Shown here one piece after another: positions 21,066 to 29,974 of a stretch of DNA of 64,000 nucleotides. Numbering within the stretch: position 1 is the stretch's first letter; every line of letters starts with the position of its first letter. Position numbers and translations under genes: made by a program. The notes under the pieces are model-generated. The model had not been told where the DNA came from, searched no databases, and saw only the letters and a list, made by a program, of their open reading frames with translations. Source of the DNA: an uncultured Clostridia bacterium (lineage in GTDB: Bacteria; Bacillota; Clostridia; Christensenellales; QAND01); assembly GCA_964533965.1 (NCBI GenBank), contig CAZHNN010000002.1, positions 107,538 to 171,537 on the forward strand. Direction: 5' to 3'.

Positions 21066-21596
21066 TTATTCCAGCATCAAAAGCCGCTTTACTGTCTGCT
21101 CATCGGCGGTATCGCAGAAAATCCTGGTTATTTCGTTCGCGTTGAAAAAGGACTTGCCGTCTCTCTCGCCGTAATCGGTAACGCTGAAAACCGAGATCAC
21201 GTTGCCCGACTTATCGTCGTAGAACCCCTGCACCGAGTCCTCACCGTCCAGCAGCTCGATGAGGCTGATGTAGCCTTTGAGCTTGGAAAATGCCAACAAC
21301 GACCCCGTAAGGTTGGATTCGTCGACCGGGAAAAAGGCGTGCTTACTTTCTTCGCTTTCATACAGACGCTCAATTTTCTGCTCATACTCGCCCAATTCGT
21401 TGACGCGGTATATCTGATTGAGCTTTATCAATGCATAGCCGTCATATTTCCCGGCTGGGGAGATCAGCGCCAGCAAAAGTTCCTCGTCCGACACGCCAAG
21501 CACGTATCCTACCATGAACCTATCCATATCATCTCTGTTCGAATAGACAGAGACAGCGGTATGTTCTTCTCTCGCCTGCTGCAAAATCTCTTTCAT
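21066..21596 (-). CDS. hypothetical cytoplasmic protein (176 aa), last gene of the membrane-module operon
   Basis: SD GAGGAG, and a 9-nt gap to the upstream gene. No family recognised. A decayed paralogue lies at 19197-19420. Confidence 0.6.
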   Translation of the reverse strand: MKEILQQAREEHTAVSVYSNRDDMDRFMVGYVLGVSDEELLLALISPAGKYDGYALIKLNQIYRVNELGEYEQKIERLYESEESKHAFFPVDESNLTGSLLAFSKLKGYISLIELLDGEDSVQGFYDDKSGNVISVFSVTDYGERDGKSFFNANEITRIFCDTADEQTVKRLLMLE

Positions 21597-21605
21597 GATT
21601 GCTCC

Positions 21606-22100
21606 TCATTGCTTGTTTGTTCCACTATTTTCTCTTTTCATATGAGATCTTGTCAAGCCTAATCTTTCCTGTTGAATTTCTAATCTCTTTTGTTTGCGCG
21701 ATGTTTTTCGCCTTACTACAGCTTGTTCTATACTGTTCACCTCAAGAAATTCATCCAGGCCATCAGCGCTCAAATCAAGAGTCAATTTCTTTCTATTGGT
21801 ATACAAATACAACTGACTTTTAGTTCGCTTGAAATTTTTGATATCCTCATAAGAAAAAGAATACACTTTCCCAAACATCGTCCTATAACGAAATCCCTTT
21901 TTGTCGTAATCGATTCGCCAATTCTTATTATACAGCATATAGGCGAGGCAAGTCATCGCAAATACACCGAAAAAAAGGGCAGCTACTATGTTTGTTCCTG
22001 TACCTATTTGGGGAAATGAATACATGGCTACGATGATACCTATACAAAATACTGAACCGATCAAGCCGATCCAAAACCCGAGTTTGGGAAGGGCTCGCAA
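21606..22100 (-). CDS. membrane protein, paralogous module copy (N-terminally truncated, start uncertain)
   Basis: Two TM helices followed by NWRIDYDKKGFRYRTMFGKVYSFSYEDIK. Only a TTG start without an SD is available at 22100, and the first helix seen in the paralogues is missing. Confidence 0.5.
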   Translation of the reverse strand: MRALPKLGFWIGLIGSVFCIGIIVAMYSFPQIGTGTNIVAALFFGVFAMTCLAYMLYNKNWRIDYDKKGFRYRTMFGKVYSFSYEDIKNFKRTKSQLYLYTNRKKLTLDLSADGLDEFLEVNSIEQAVVRRKTSRKQKRLEIQQERLGLTRSHMKRENSGTNKQ

Positions 22101-22147
22101 TTTTCTTTTATATAGAATTCTTGCTCACAGTGGATATGGTCAAGAAA

Positions 22148-22597
22148 TTAATCGATTCCGATCGCTTTATATTCCATCCAAAATATCTTTTTCTCCGTAA
22201 ACAGATAGATGGTATCTCTCGCAAATTTAATCCGTTTCACTTCGTCATACCCAAAGGAATGCCATCGTCTAAAAAAAGTCCGAATTCGAAAACCGGAATC
22301 ATCAAAATCGATGCGCCAATTGAGATAAGCCGTTATTAGCATCAATCCCATGACAATAAATAATCCAATAAAAAATGTGAATAGAATATTGAATTCACCT
22401 GTGATCACAGTAGACCAAATTATGATCGCTAGGAAAAAGAGGACAGCTACAATCCCCATCCATGCATAGTACTTTGGAAGACGCACCTGGTTTAGAGGTG
22501 CGTTCAACACTTCTTTCTCATTAAACTTTTCGAATGCCTTGAAAACTGCTCGAATCAGCAATAAACCGACTATAGATGCGATTAGTTTGACAGCCAA
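22148..22597 (-). CDS. membrane protein, paralogous module copy
   Basis: TM helices then NWRIDFDDSGFRIRTFFRRWHSFGYDEVK. Ends early relative to its paralogues. Confidence 0.6.
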   Translation of the reverse strand: MAVKLIASIVGLLLIRAVFKAFEKFNEKEVLNAPLNQVRLPKYYAWMGIVAVLFFLAIIIWSTVITGEFNILFTFFIGLFIVMGLMLITAYLNWRIDFDDSGFRIRTFFRRWHSFGYDEVKRIKFARDTIYLFTEKKIFWMEYKAIGID

Positions 22598-22717
22598 GAT
22601 TAGGCTCCTCTTTACATTGCGATTATTATCAGTTACTTGTTACCATACTGCCTATGGGCAGTCATGTAGCCCTTATAGAATCCTCTAAACACTAATTAGT
22701 CACTTATTTTCGCATCA

Positions 22718-23203
22718 TTATGGGTGTTCCCTTGTCTGCGCATATTCATCAACTATATAGCGGCTATAATTCGTCGCCTGACGCTCCATGCCCCTGTTCG
22801 TTAACTCAAGACCATTGATCCATTGAAAATAATGCGTCAACTCATGCGCTATGCTACGCAATATGGCTGCCAATGCGTTGTCTTTTCCCCGTCTGGCAAG
22901 AAGATCCTCATAATCTCCAGCACTTACGCGGATATAGGGCTCCTCCGTCCTGTTCTCAGGCGCAAAAAACGTGGCGCTTACAAGTTCTCCATCCATTGCT
23001 GCGATCTTCTTTTTTGCTTTCACATAGACCGGGATGCGTATCGGAAAATGATATTCCCTTCGAAGCCACATGCAGAATTCTTTGACGGCGCGTTTTACCT
23101 CTTCGTCCACGCCCTTGTCAAAGCGAATCCGAAGACCGGAACGAAATTTGCCCGGTGTATAAAGCTTTTCCCATCTTATCAATGTCCAGATGTGGTAGCC
23201 CAT
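22718..23203 (-). CDS. HExxH-motif protein (putative zinc metallopeptidase-like fold)
   Basis: 161 aa with IAHELTHYFQW and no TM helix. Its start lies 5 nt after the stop of the upstream module gene. Confidence 0.55.
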   Translation of the reverse strand: MGYHIWTLIRWEKLYTPGKFRSGLRIRFDKGVDEEVKRAVKEFCMWLRREYHFPIRIPVYVKAKKKIAAMDGELVSATFFAPENRTEEPYIRVSAGDYEDLLARRGKDNALAAILRSIAHELTHYFQWINGLELTNRGMERQATNYSRYIVDEYAQTREHP

Positions 23204-23208
23204 ACGAC

Positions 23209-24177
23209 CTACTCCATGCCGTCCACATTTGTGCCAAAAGCCTTGTCGACATGCTTGCGGAATTCGTACATGCCCTTCGCGTTCAACGGTATTTGAAGCT
23301 TTTTGCCGCTCATATTCAACACAAGATTCCTTGTTACTGAGTTCTGGCTCTGTATGTCGCCGTAGCTGTACCGTTTTTTCGATCCGAAGGAGTTCCTGTA
23401 TTCGAAGCCTTGGCTGTCGAAATCAACCCGCCAGTTGAAATATTGAAGTATCAGATACAGTCCCATCAGCACGAATGCCACAAGCGCCAGAACACTTTCT
23501 GTACTCAAACTCGAAAGCGCATAGGGATCCAGGATCATCCAGACAAGAGGCGCTGTAAAAAATGCTGTACAGATGATGCCGACCCACAGGTTCGCATTTG
23601 GCATTCGCACGCTGCCCGCCTCGGCTTCGGGGCTTGCCAGAACGATTTCGGATGTTCTTTGCGTGCTCTGTTCTCCTGTTTGCATGCGCTCAAGGTGCCG
23701 CAGGAATTCATCCTGCCCAATGCACAACGGGTCGAGCTTGATCTTTTTACCCTGCGCATGGATTGTGACTTTATACCCCTGCATCATGGGGTTGAACATG
23801 CGCTCTACGCGCTTTATGTCGCCGTATTGGAATCGGATTGCCTTTCCCATAGAAGTATGGAACGTGAACCCGGAATCGTCATAATCAATGCCCCAATTGA
23901 CGGCGGATACGATCTCAAAGATCCCCATTGCGGTGAAACCCCCGAACACGACGCCCAATATCAGCATCAGCAAAGCATCCTTGTTCAGGAAAATCAGTGA
24001 GGCGATCAAGAAACCGGCAAAGAGTACCGTCCCGACGATCCCCACCCAAAAAGCAAAGCGCGGCATTCGCACCTGGTTCGCAGTCGGCGTCTGCTTTTTT
24101 TTGATGTTTTTAACGAGAATCGGAAGTATGATAAGGAGCAGTATCATTGTGATTGCGGATGAGATGGCACTGGACAT
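23209..24177 (-). CDS. membrane protein with two tandem copies of the paralogous module
   Basis: Two repeats of [VRMP..W.G, 2-3 TM, NWGIDYDDSGFTFH.. / NWRVDFDSQGFEYR..]. Preferred start is ATG 24177 (MSSAISS) after GGGGG. The track ORF extends to 24237, which would leave no room for a promoter after the terminator at 24253-24280. Confidence 0.6.
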   Translation of the reverse strand: MSSAISSAITMILLLIILPILVKNIKKKQTPTANQVRMPRFAFWVGIVGTVLFAGFLIASLIFLNKDALLMLILGVVFGGFTAMGIFEIVSAVNWGIDYDDSGFTFHTSMGKAIRFQYGDIKRVERMFNPMMQGYKVTIHAQGKKIKLDPLCIGQDEFLRHLERMQTGEQSTQRTSEIVLASPEAEAGSVRMPNANLWVGIICTAFFTAPLVWMILDPYALSSLSTESVLALVAFVLMGLYLILQYFNWRVDFDSQGFEYRNSFGSKKRYSYGDIQSQNSVTRNLVLNMSGKKLQIPLNAKGMYEFRKHVDKAFGTNVDGME

Positions 24178-24252
24178 GTCAATTAACCCCCGCTGAATAT
24201 TTACCCTCATTGTAAAGGATTTCAAGGTATCCTTCAACGCATACCAAACAAA

Positions 24253-24280
24253 AAGAGGCTCTTTGAGCCTCCTTGTTTCG
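24253..24280 (-). terminator. rho-independent terminator after the MR-family gene
   Basis: Minus strand GGAGGCTC-AAA-GAGCCTC followed by TTTTTG. Confidence 0.7.
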
Positions 24281-24291
24281 TTGTATTGATC

Positions 24292-25467
24292 TTATTCTAC
24301 CGTCACCTTTTCGCAGGTGGCAAGTGCATACTCCGACCATTCGTTGCCGATGCCGGGCAACTCGGGCGGCGAGAACATGCCGCCTTCAGGCTGGTAGTCA
24401 TACTTGCACAGCTCCCGGTGGATCGGCGCCAAATTGTTCATATGGTTTTCATGGATTACGAAATTCGGGATGGAGCATTCCAGATGCAATGCCACCGCGG
24501 TAGAAAGCGGACTTGCACAAACGTGCGCCTGCACGCCGATGTCGTATGTGTGCGCCATGTCGCAGATCTTCTTGCCTTCGGTAAGCCCGCCGGTATTGCC
24601 CAGATCGGGCTGAATGACCTGCACAGAGAGGTTTTCAAAATACGGCATATACTGCCAACGGGTATACACACGCTCGCCCAGCGCAATCGGGATGTTCAAC
24701 TGGTCATGGATCTGCTTTGTCAGCTTTGGCGTAGGCGTATTGGGCTCTTCAAAGTAGAAGATATTGTACTTTTCCACGCGCTTTCCAATTTGCACGGAGG
24801 ATAGCGCGTCGGTATGCGAATGCATCTCCATGATTAAATCGCGCTTGGGACCTATGGCCTCGCGCACGGCCGCCACCCGTTCCTCGATCATATCCAAATA
24901 CCCTGCACCCAACAACCGCGTCCACTGTTCAACCCCCAGCTGTTTGCCGTTGCTGTCATAGGTGAAGAAGTCGAATTTCACTGCGTCGTACCCGTCCGCC
25001 ACGGCTTTTTTCGCCACGTTTGCGTAATCTTCCGTCTTGAAAGCAAGCGTGCGCTCCGGTCCCCAGCCAAACTGCAGCTGGCTTGCGTACGCACGCAGCT
25101 TATCGCGCCGCTTACCACCCAGAAGCTTATAAATAGGTACGCCAAAGAACTTTCCCTTGATGTCCCACAATGCGATGTCGATTGCGCTGATGCCCGCAAA
25201 TACCACGGGACCGCCGTTTTGGCCCCAAAATGTGCTCTTGTAAAGCTTGTCCCAGATAATCTCATGGTCCAGCGGATCCATGCCGATGATCAAGCGCGCC
25301 ATATCCTTTATCATGCCAAACGCTGCGGGAGCGCCGGTATGGATCGCCATCGCCGCTTCCCCGTCGCCATATAATCCCTCGTCGGTATAAACGCGGCATA
25401 CGACCGGCCGCAGCGCCGACGGAACCCTTGTTTTCAGCTGCATGACATCCACTTTGGTGATCTTCAT
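24292..25467 (-). CDS. enolase-superfamily enzyme, mandelate racemase/acid-sugar dehydratase type
   Basis: N-terminal capping domain (MKITKVDVMQLK..), then a barrel with the pattern typical of MR/galactonate-dehydratase-like proteins (..FDFF.., EEP, PIALGER). Specific substrate not assignable. Confidence 0.75.
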   Translation of the reverse strand: MKITKVDVMQLKTRVPSALRPVVCRVYTDEGLYGDGEAAMAIHTGAPAAFGMIKDMARLIIGMDPLDHEIIWDKLYKSTFWGQNGGPVVFAGISAIDIALWDIKGKFFGVPIYKLLGGKRRDKLRAYASQLQFGWGPERTLAFKTEDYANVAKKAVADGYDAVKFDFFTYDSNGKQLGVEQWTRLLGAGYLDMIEERVAAVREAIGPKRDLIMEMHSHTDALSSVQIGKRVEKYNIFYFEEPNTPTPKLTKQIHDQLNIPIALGERVYTRWQYMPYFENLSVQVIQPDLGNTGGLTEGKKICDMAHTYDIGVQAHVCASPLSTAVALHLECSIPNFVIHENHMNNLAPIHRELCKYDYQPEGGMFSPPELPGIGNEWSEYALATCEKVTVE

Positions 25468-25555
25468 GAACTTTCCCTCTTTCTTGCCAAAGGACTTTAG
25501 TATTCGGTAGTACCATAGCGACTGTATGCAAATACTTCATCCTGCCTGCCGCGGG

Positions 25556-25870
25556 CTATTTGTTCGTATTCTCCAGCGTCCGCAATTGCAGAAATTGTTC
25601 CTTGCCTTCCGCCCAGTTCTTCAAATTAATCAGCCGTTCCCCGTGGTCGCCGTGCTCCTGGTTGTCAAACGCACTCTGCAGGTTTTCGCACGGCAATGAA
25701 GGACAAAACCCACAATGGGCGTATCCTTTGTCCATCGCACATGCGGCAATCTTGCATTGCCCCCAGAAGGGTCTGCTTTGGCAGGCGATGCACCCCGGAC
25801 AGTTCGTTTTTTCCTTCCATTCGCATACGCCGCAATAACTGCCACACACGGCCATCATCTGTTTGTCCAT
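25556..25870 (-). CDS. DUF3795-like Cys-rich protein
   Basis: CGSYCGVCEW..CPGC..C..C..HCGFCPSLPC pattern. ATG 25870 follows GGAGGAG. Confidence 0.6.
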   Translation of the reverse strand: MDKQMMAVCGSYCGVCEWKEKTNCPGCIACQSRPFWGQCKIAACAMDKGYAHCGFCPSLPCENLQSAFDNQEHGDHGERLINLKNWAEGKEQFLQLRTLENTNK

Positions 25871-26124
25871 TGGTTGCTCCTCCATTCAGTCCATATATTC
25901 TTTCTTTGGAATATCATTCACAAAAGTCGATAGTAAATCTTCTTTCCCTCTAATTCGTTTAAAAAATCAATAAGCTTTTCCATGCTTTACACCTCAATTT
26001 AATTTATCATAGAAAAGCTATCGATAAAAGCATGATTGCATCTGCGAGATATTTTAGAATTTGCATATACAAAGGGATGTACAATCGTACATCCCTTTCA
26101 TTTCAGGCATTTATCAATGGGATC

Positions 26125-26766
26125 TTAACGGATAAAATCGAATTTCACGGCAATGCCCGACAGAAGTTCCTTTGCCGTGGTAGCGCGGCTTATATCTTCA
26201 TGCACCGCATGATCCTTTCCCATTACCTCCCCGGATCCCACCAGCACAGGCGTTACTTCCCCACGCACGGCTTTGGGATCAAGCACAGCTTTCCACAGCA
26301 TGGAAGGTTGCCCATTGACATCGTTATACCCTGCGTCTGTACTTTTAAGCCCCTGCTTATAGTAATCGTTGTAATCGTAAGATGCGTTGGCTTCGACATA
26401 GAGCGTCAATTTCTTCCCCGCAAATGCGTCGGGAATGTTGCACAGTATATTTGCTTGGTTAGAGGTTGTGGCGCCTGATATCGTATCCACCTTGGCTTCG
26501 CGTATGCCTGACCAGATCGGCAATACCATAGCGCGTTCGGTTCCCCAATTGCTTTTGGCGATTTTGTTGGTAACAAACAATGTAGCGCGGTTTCCTGCTT
26601 CATCCTCTACCCATACGGCATAGGTGGGTGCATACTTCAATCCCTTGCTATAGGTAAAGGAGATGGCTACATTGGGCTTCGTGGTATCTATGGTCTTTTT
26701 TGAGCATCCCGCAACAAGCGCTGCGGCACATAGAAACAAGACAATCGATATGAAACGCTTTTTCAC
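26125..26766 (-). CDS. DUF2271-like lipoprotein with a candidate flavinylation motif
   Basis: GTG start at 26766 after AGGAGGA gives MKKRFISIVLFLCAAALVAGC (lipobox). The YAVWVEDEAGN..L..W..VDTISGATTS..GKKLTLYVEAN pattern resembles DUF2271, as recalled from memory. Confidence 0.5.
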   Translation of the reverse strand: MKKRFISIVLFLCAAALVAGCSKKTIDTTKPNVAISFTYSKGLKYAPTYAVWVEDEAGNRATLFVTNKIAKSNWGTERAMVLPIWSGIREAKVDTISGATTSNQANILCNIPDAFAGKKLTLYVEANASYDYNDYYKQGLKSTDAGYNDVNGQPSMLWKAVLDPKAVRGEVTPVLVGSGEVMGKDHAVHEDISRATTAKELLSGIAVKFDFIR

Positions 26767-26873
26767 CGCATATCCTCCTGCCAATGCTTTGCATTATAAT
26801 TGGATCGAGCAAACACAAGCATACGTCCTGTATTGTGTGTGGCAATGATTCGGTTCATCCTGTGATGAACAAA

Positions 26874-26925
26874 GGCGGCAAGCTGATGCTTAACTGTTTT
26901 ACAGGTTAAGCATGAACTTACCGCC
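26874..26925 (-). terminator. long hairpin terminator after rplL
   Basis: Minus strand GGCGGTAAGTTCATGCTTAAC..GTTAAGCATCAGCTTGCCGCC followed by TTTG. Confidence 0.6.
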
Positions 26926-26943
26926 TCTTCATCCCATGTTAAC

Positions 26944-27321
26944 TTACTTAATCTCGACGGTGGCGCCGGCTTCAACGAACTTCGCCTTGATGCTCTCGGC
27001 TTCTTCCTTGGAGACCGCTTCCTTGATGGTATGGGGTGCGGTGTCGACAAGGTCCTTAGCTTCCTTCAAACCGAGGTTGGTCAGCTCGCGGACGACACGG
27101 ATGACCTTGATCTTCTCAGCGCCGGCTTCCTTGAGGACGACGTCAAATTCAGTCTTCTCTTCGACCACTTCCGCTGCGGCGGCAGCTCCGGGAGCTGCGG
27201 CGACGGCGGCGGCGGGTGCGGCCGCGGATACGCCAAAGCGCTCTTCAAGGGCTTTTACGAGCTCGGAGAGCTCCAGCACTGTCATGGATTCGATAGCTTG
27301 CATAATCTGCTCTTTGTTCAT
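26944..27321 (-). CDS. rplL: 50S ribosomal protein L7/L12
   Basis: Canonical L7/L12 sequence with an Ala-rich hinge and ..[21 protein letters not shown]. Confidence 0.97.
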   Translation of the reverse strand: MNKEQIMQAIESMTVLELSELVKALEERFGVSAAAPAAAVAAAPGAAAAAEVVEEKTEFDVVLKEAGAEKIKVIRVVRELTNLGLKEAKDLVDTAPHTIKEAVSKEEAESIKAKFVEAGATVEIK

Positions 27322-27439
27322 TGTAATGTATCCTCCCTAAAATTTGTGTTGCGCCCTGGGCGCTGTTTTGTGAATTTCTTTTGTTGGGTTCTTGGTACCC
27401 ATGGTTCCGGGATTCTTAATCCCTTTCAAGCTGTATGCC

Positions 27440-27967
27440 TCATGCACCTTTCTTTTCGGCAATCGCATTGAGGGTATACAGAAGGCCGCGCATGGTGTTG
27501 CTTAGAACGCCCACAAAGTTCGCGATCGGTGCGTTCATGCTGCCCAGCATTTTGGCGACGAGAACTTCCTTCGGCGGCAGATCCGCCAAGGCCTGTACGC
27601 CCGCTGCGTTCACCACTTTGCCGCTGACGATACCGCCCTTGATCTCGGTCTTCTTAGAGCTCTTGATGAACTCCGTGATGAGTTTGGCGGGAACGACCGC
27701 GTCGTTGATGCCAAATGCGACGGCGGTGGGACCGGAAAGATAGGGATCCAGCCCTTCGATGCCCACTTCCTTGGCCGCCAAATTGATCATGGTGTTCTTG
27801 AGCACCTGATACTCGACGTTCTGCGCGCGGAAGATGTTGCGAAGTTTGGTCACTTCCTCCACCGTCAATCCGCGGTAATCGATGAGCACCGCACTCTGGC
27901 AACGTTTGAGCTTATCCACGATTTCGGCGACGACGGCTTGTTTGGCTTGCATTGTTGCTTCTTTCAC
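27440..27967 (-). CDS. rplJ: 50S ribosomal protein L10
   Basis: L10 pattern in the expected position. GTG start after GGAGGTG. Confidence 0.95.
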   Translation of the reverse strand: MKEATMQAKQAVVAEIVDKLKRCQSAVLIDYRGLTVEEVTKLRNIFRAQNVEYQVLKNTMINLAAKEVGIEGLDPYLSGPTAVAFGINDAVVPAKLITEFIKSSKKTEIKGGIVSGKVVNAAGVQALADLPPKEVLVAKMLGSMNAPIANFVGVLSNTMRGLLYTLNAIAEKKGA

Positions 27968-28165
27968 TGTTTCACCTCCGATTGGTTAAAACAAAACCCT
28001 CGGAACAGCGTTCCGAGGGCAAACAAACAGGTTACATGCGTATCCCTTTGATGCAAGTCCTCGGCTGGCTGGAATTTTAAGCGCTTTTGGCGCGCCGGCT
28101 GTCTACGGGTTGCGTATTTGGTTGTAAAGCGCATTCAGTATAGCGCGATGTGCGCTATCTGTCAA
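27968..28165 (-). promoter_or_regulatory. probable L10 leader (autoregulatory 5' UTR of rplJL)
   Basis: A 198-nt structured gap between rplA and rplJ. It contains a GC hairpin (CCCTCGGAACGCTGTTCCGAGGG) followed by TTTT just before the rplJ SD, as in Firmicute L10 leaders. Not verified against a covariance model. Confidence 0.45.
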
Positions 28166-28855
28166 CTACATGAAGCGCAGGGTGTTGAGCTTGATGCCGG
28201 GGCCCATCGTGCTTGAGAGCACAACGGAACGAAGGTAGGTACCCTTCGCAGCCGATGGTTTGGCCCGAACGATCGCGTCCATTAGCGTGCGGATGTTCTC
28301 CTCAAGCTGTTCAGCCGTAAACGATGCCTTGCCAACGGGAACGTTCACGATGGACGTCCTGTCCACACGGTATTCGACTTTACCGGCTTTGATCTCGCCG
28401 ATGGTCTTTGTCAGGTCGGTTGTGACCGTTCCGCTGCGCGGGTTCGGCATGAGACCGCGCGGTCCAAGGATACGGGCGATGCGGCCCACCAGACCCATCA
28501 TGTCCGGTGTGGCTATCGCTGCGTCAAAGCCCAGCCAGCCGCCCTGGATCTGTGCGATCAACTCTTCGCCGCCAATGAACTCGGCGCCTGCTTCTCTGGC
28601 TTCCGCAGCCTTATCCTCTTTGCAGAAGACCAATATGCGGATCTTCTTACCGGTGCCGTGCGGCAATACCACGGCGCCGCGAACCTGCTGGTCCGCATGG
28701 CGCGGGTCGACGCCCAGGCGTACGGAAATGCCAACGGTCTCATCGAACTTCGCCTTGGCGGTCTGCTTGACCAAAGCCACAGCTTCGTTCGTATCATACC
28801 CTTTGCTCTTATCGAACAGCTTCAGGCTGTCTTGGTAATTCTTTCCCCGTTTCAT
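28166..28855 (-). CDS. rplA: 50S ribosomal protein L1
   Basis: Canonical L1 sequence. Confidence 0.97.
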   Translation of the reverse strand: MKRGKNYQDSLKLFDKSKGYDTNEAVALVKQTAKAKFDETVGISVRLGVDPRHADQQVRGAVVLPHGTGKKIRILVFCKEDKAAEAREAGAEFIGGEELIAQIQGGWLGFDAAIATPDMMGLVGRIARILGPRGLMPNPRSGTVTTDLTKTIGEIKAGKVEYRVDRTSIVNVPVGKASFTAEQLEENIRTLMDAIVRAKPSAAKGTYLRSVVLSSTMGPGIKLNTLRFM

Positions 28856-28905
28856 TCTAATCCTCCTTGTGGTTATAGCGCAGTGTACCTGCTCCCACGT
28901 ACTGC

Positions 28906-29331
28906 CTATTCGGCAACGACAACGCCCATGCTGCGGGCTGTGCCTTTTACCATACTCACCGCGGCTTCCAACGAAGCGGCGTTAAGATCGGGCATCTTTG
29001 TCTTGGCAATCTCCTCAACCTGCGCGCGGGTGATGGTGGCCACCTTGTCCCTGTTGGGACGTCCGCTTGCGGTCTGGATGCCGACTGCCTTCTTGATCAA
29101 CACAGCGGCGGGCGGCGTCTTGGTGATGAAGGAGAAAGAGCGGTCGGAATATACCGTGATGACGACGGGAATGACCAGCCCGACATCCTTGGCTGTACGC
29201 TCGTTAAACTCCTTGCAGAATGCCATGATGTTCACGCCGTGCTGGCCCAGCGCGGGGCCGATCGGCGGCGCAGGCGTGGCCTTGCCTGCGTTGACCTGTA
29301 ATTTGACGAATCCGGTAACCTTTTTGGCCAT
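28906..29331 (-). CDS. rplK: 50S ribosomal protein L11
   Basis: Canonical L11 sequence ([29 protein letters not shown]). Confidence 0.97.
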   Translation of the reverse strand: MAKKVTGFVKLQVNAGKATPAPPIGPALGQHGVNIMAFCKEFNERTAKDVGLVIPVVITVYSDRSFSFITKTPPAAVLIKKAVGIQTASGRPNRDKVATITRAQVEEIAKTKMPDLNAASLEAAVSMVKGTARSMGVVVAE

Positions 29332-29412
29332 GTTGCACCTCTTTTTAAAATGTGGTCAAAGCGGGGAGACTCCCCTCCCACAAACAAACGCCAGAAGCGT
29401 GTGTTTTCTTCC

Positions 29413-29961
29413 TTATACTTTGTGCACCTGCACAAAGTCGAGCTCCACCTGCGTATCGCGACCGAACATGGAGACCATAACCTTGAGTTTCTGGCGATCC
29501 TTGTTGATTTCGGTGATGACGCCTGCAAAGCCTTCCAACGGGCCGGAAGTGATGGTAACGTTCTGTCCCACCTCGACATCCAGCACGATCGAGACGTTCT
29601 CCACGCCCGTCATCCGCACTTCCGTATCGGTAAGCGGAATCGGGCGGCTGCCCGGGCCCACAAAGCCTGTGACGCCGCGGGTATTGCGCACGATGTACCA
29701 GCTCTCGTCGGTCAGGATCATCTTGACCATGACGTAGCCGGGATACACCTTTCTGGCAACGGTTTTGCGCTTTCCGTTTTTAATCTCGATGGTATCCTCC
29801 ATCGGCACCTTGACCTCATGGATCAAATCCTGCATGCCGCGGTTCTCCACCGATTTTTCCAAATTGGCCTTAACCTTGTTCTCATATCCGCTGTACGTAT
29901 GCACAACATACCAGAGCGGTTGTGTATCCGGCGAAGCATTCTGTGAATTTGAAGGGGTCAC
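29413..29961 (-). CDS. nusG: transcription termination/antitermination factor NusG
   Basis: NGN plus KOW pattern (WYVVHTYSGYENKV.., ..GPLEGFAGVI). Located between secE and rplK. Confidence 0.95.
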   Translation of the reverse strand: MTPSNSQNASPDTQPLWYVVHTYSGYENKVKANLEKSVENRGMQDLIHEVKVPMEDTIEIKNGKRKTVARKVYPGYVMVKMILTDESWYIVRNTRGVTGFVGPGSRPIPLTDTEVRMTGVENVSIVLDVEVGQNVTITSGPLEGFAGVITEINKDRQKLKVMVSMFGRDTQVELDFVQVHKV

Positions 29962-29974
29962 GATTACACCTCCC

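Noticed and set aside
28658-29737. 359-aa plus-strand ORF spanning rplA, rplK and nusG
   Set aside because: It is antisense to three canonical genes and crosses their intergenic regions. Its composition is S/T/A/P/L-rich and non-protein-like. It is a shadow ORF.
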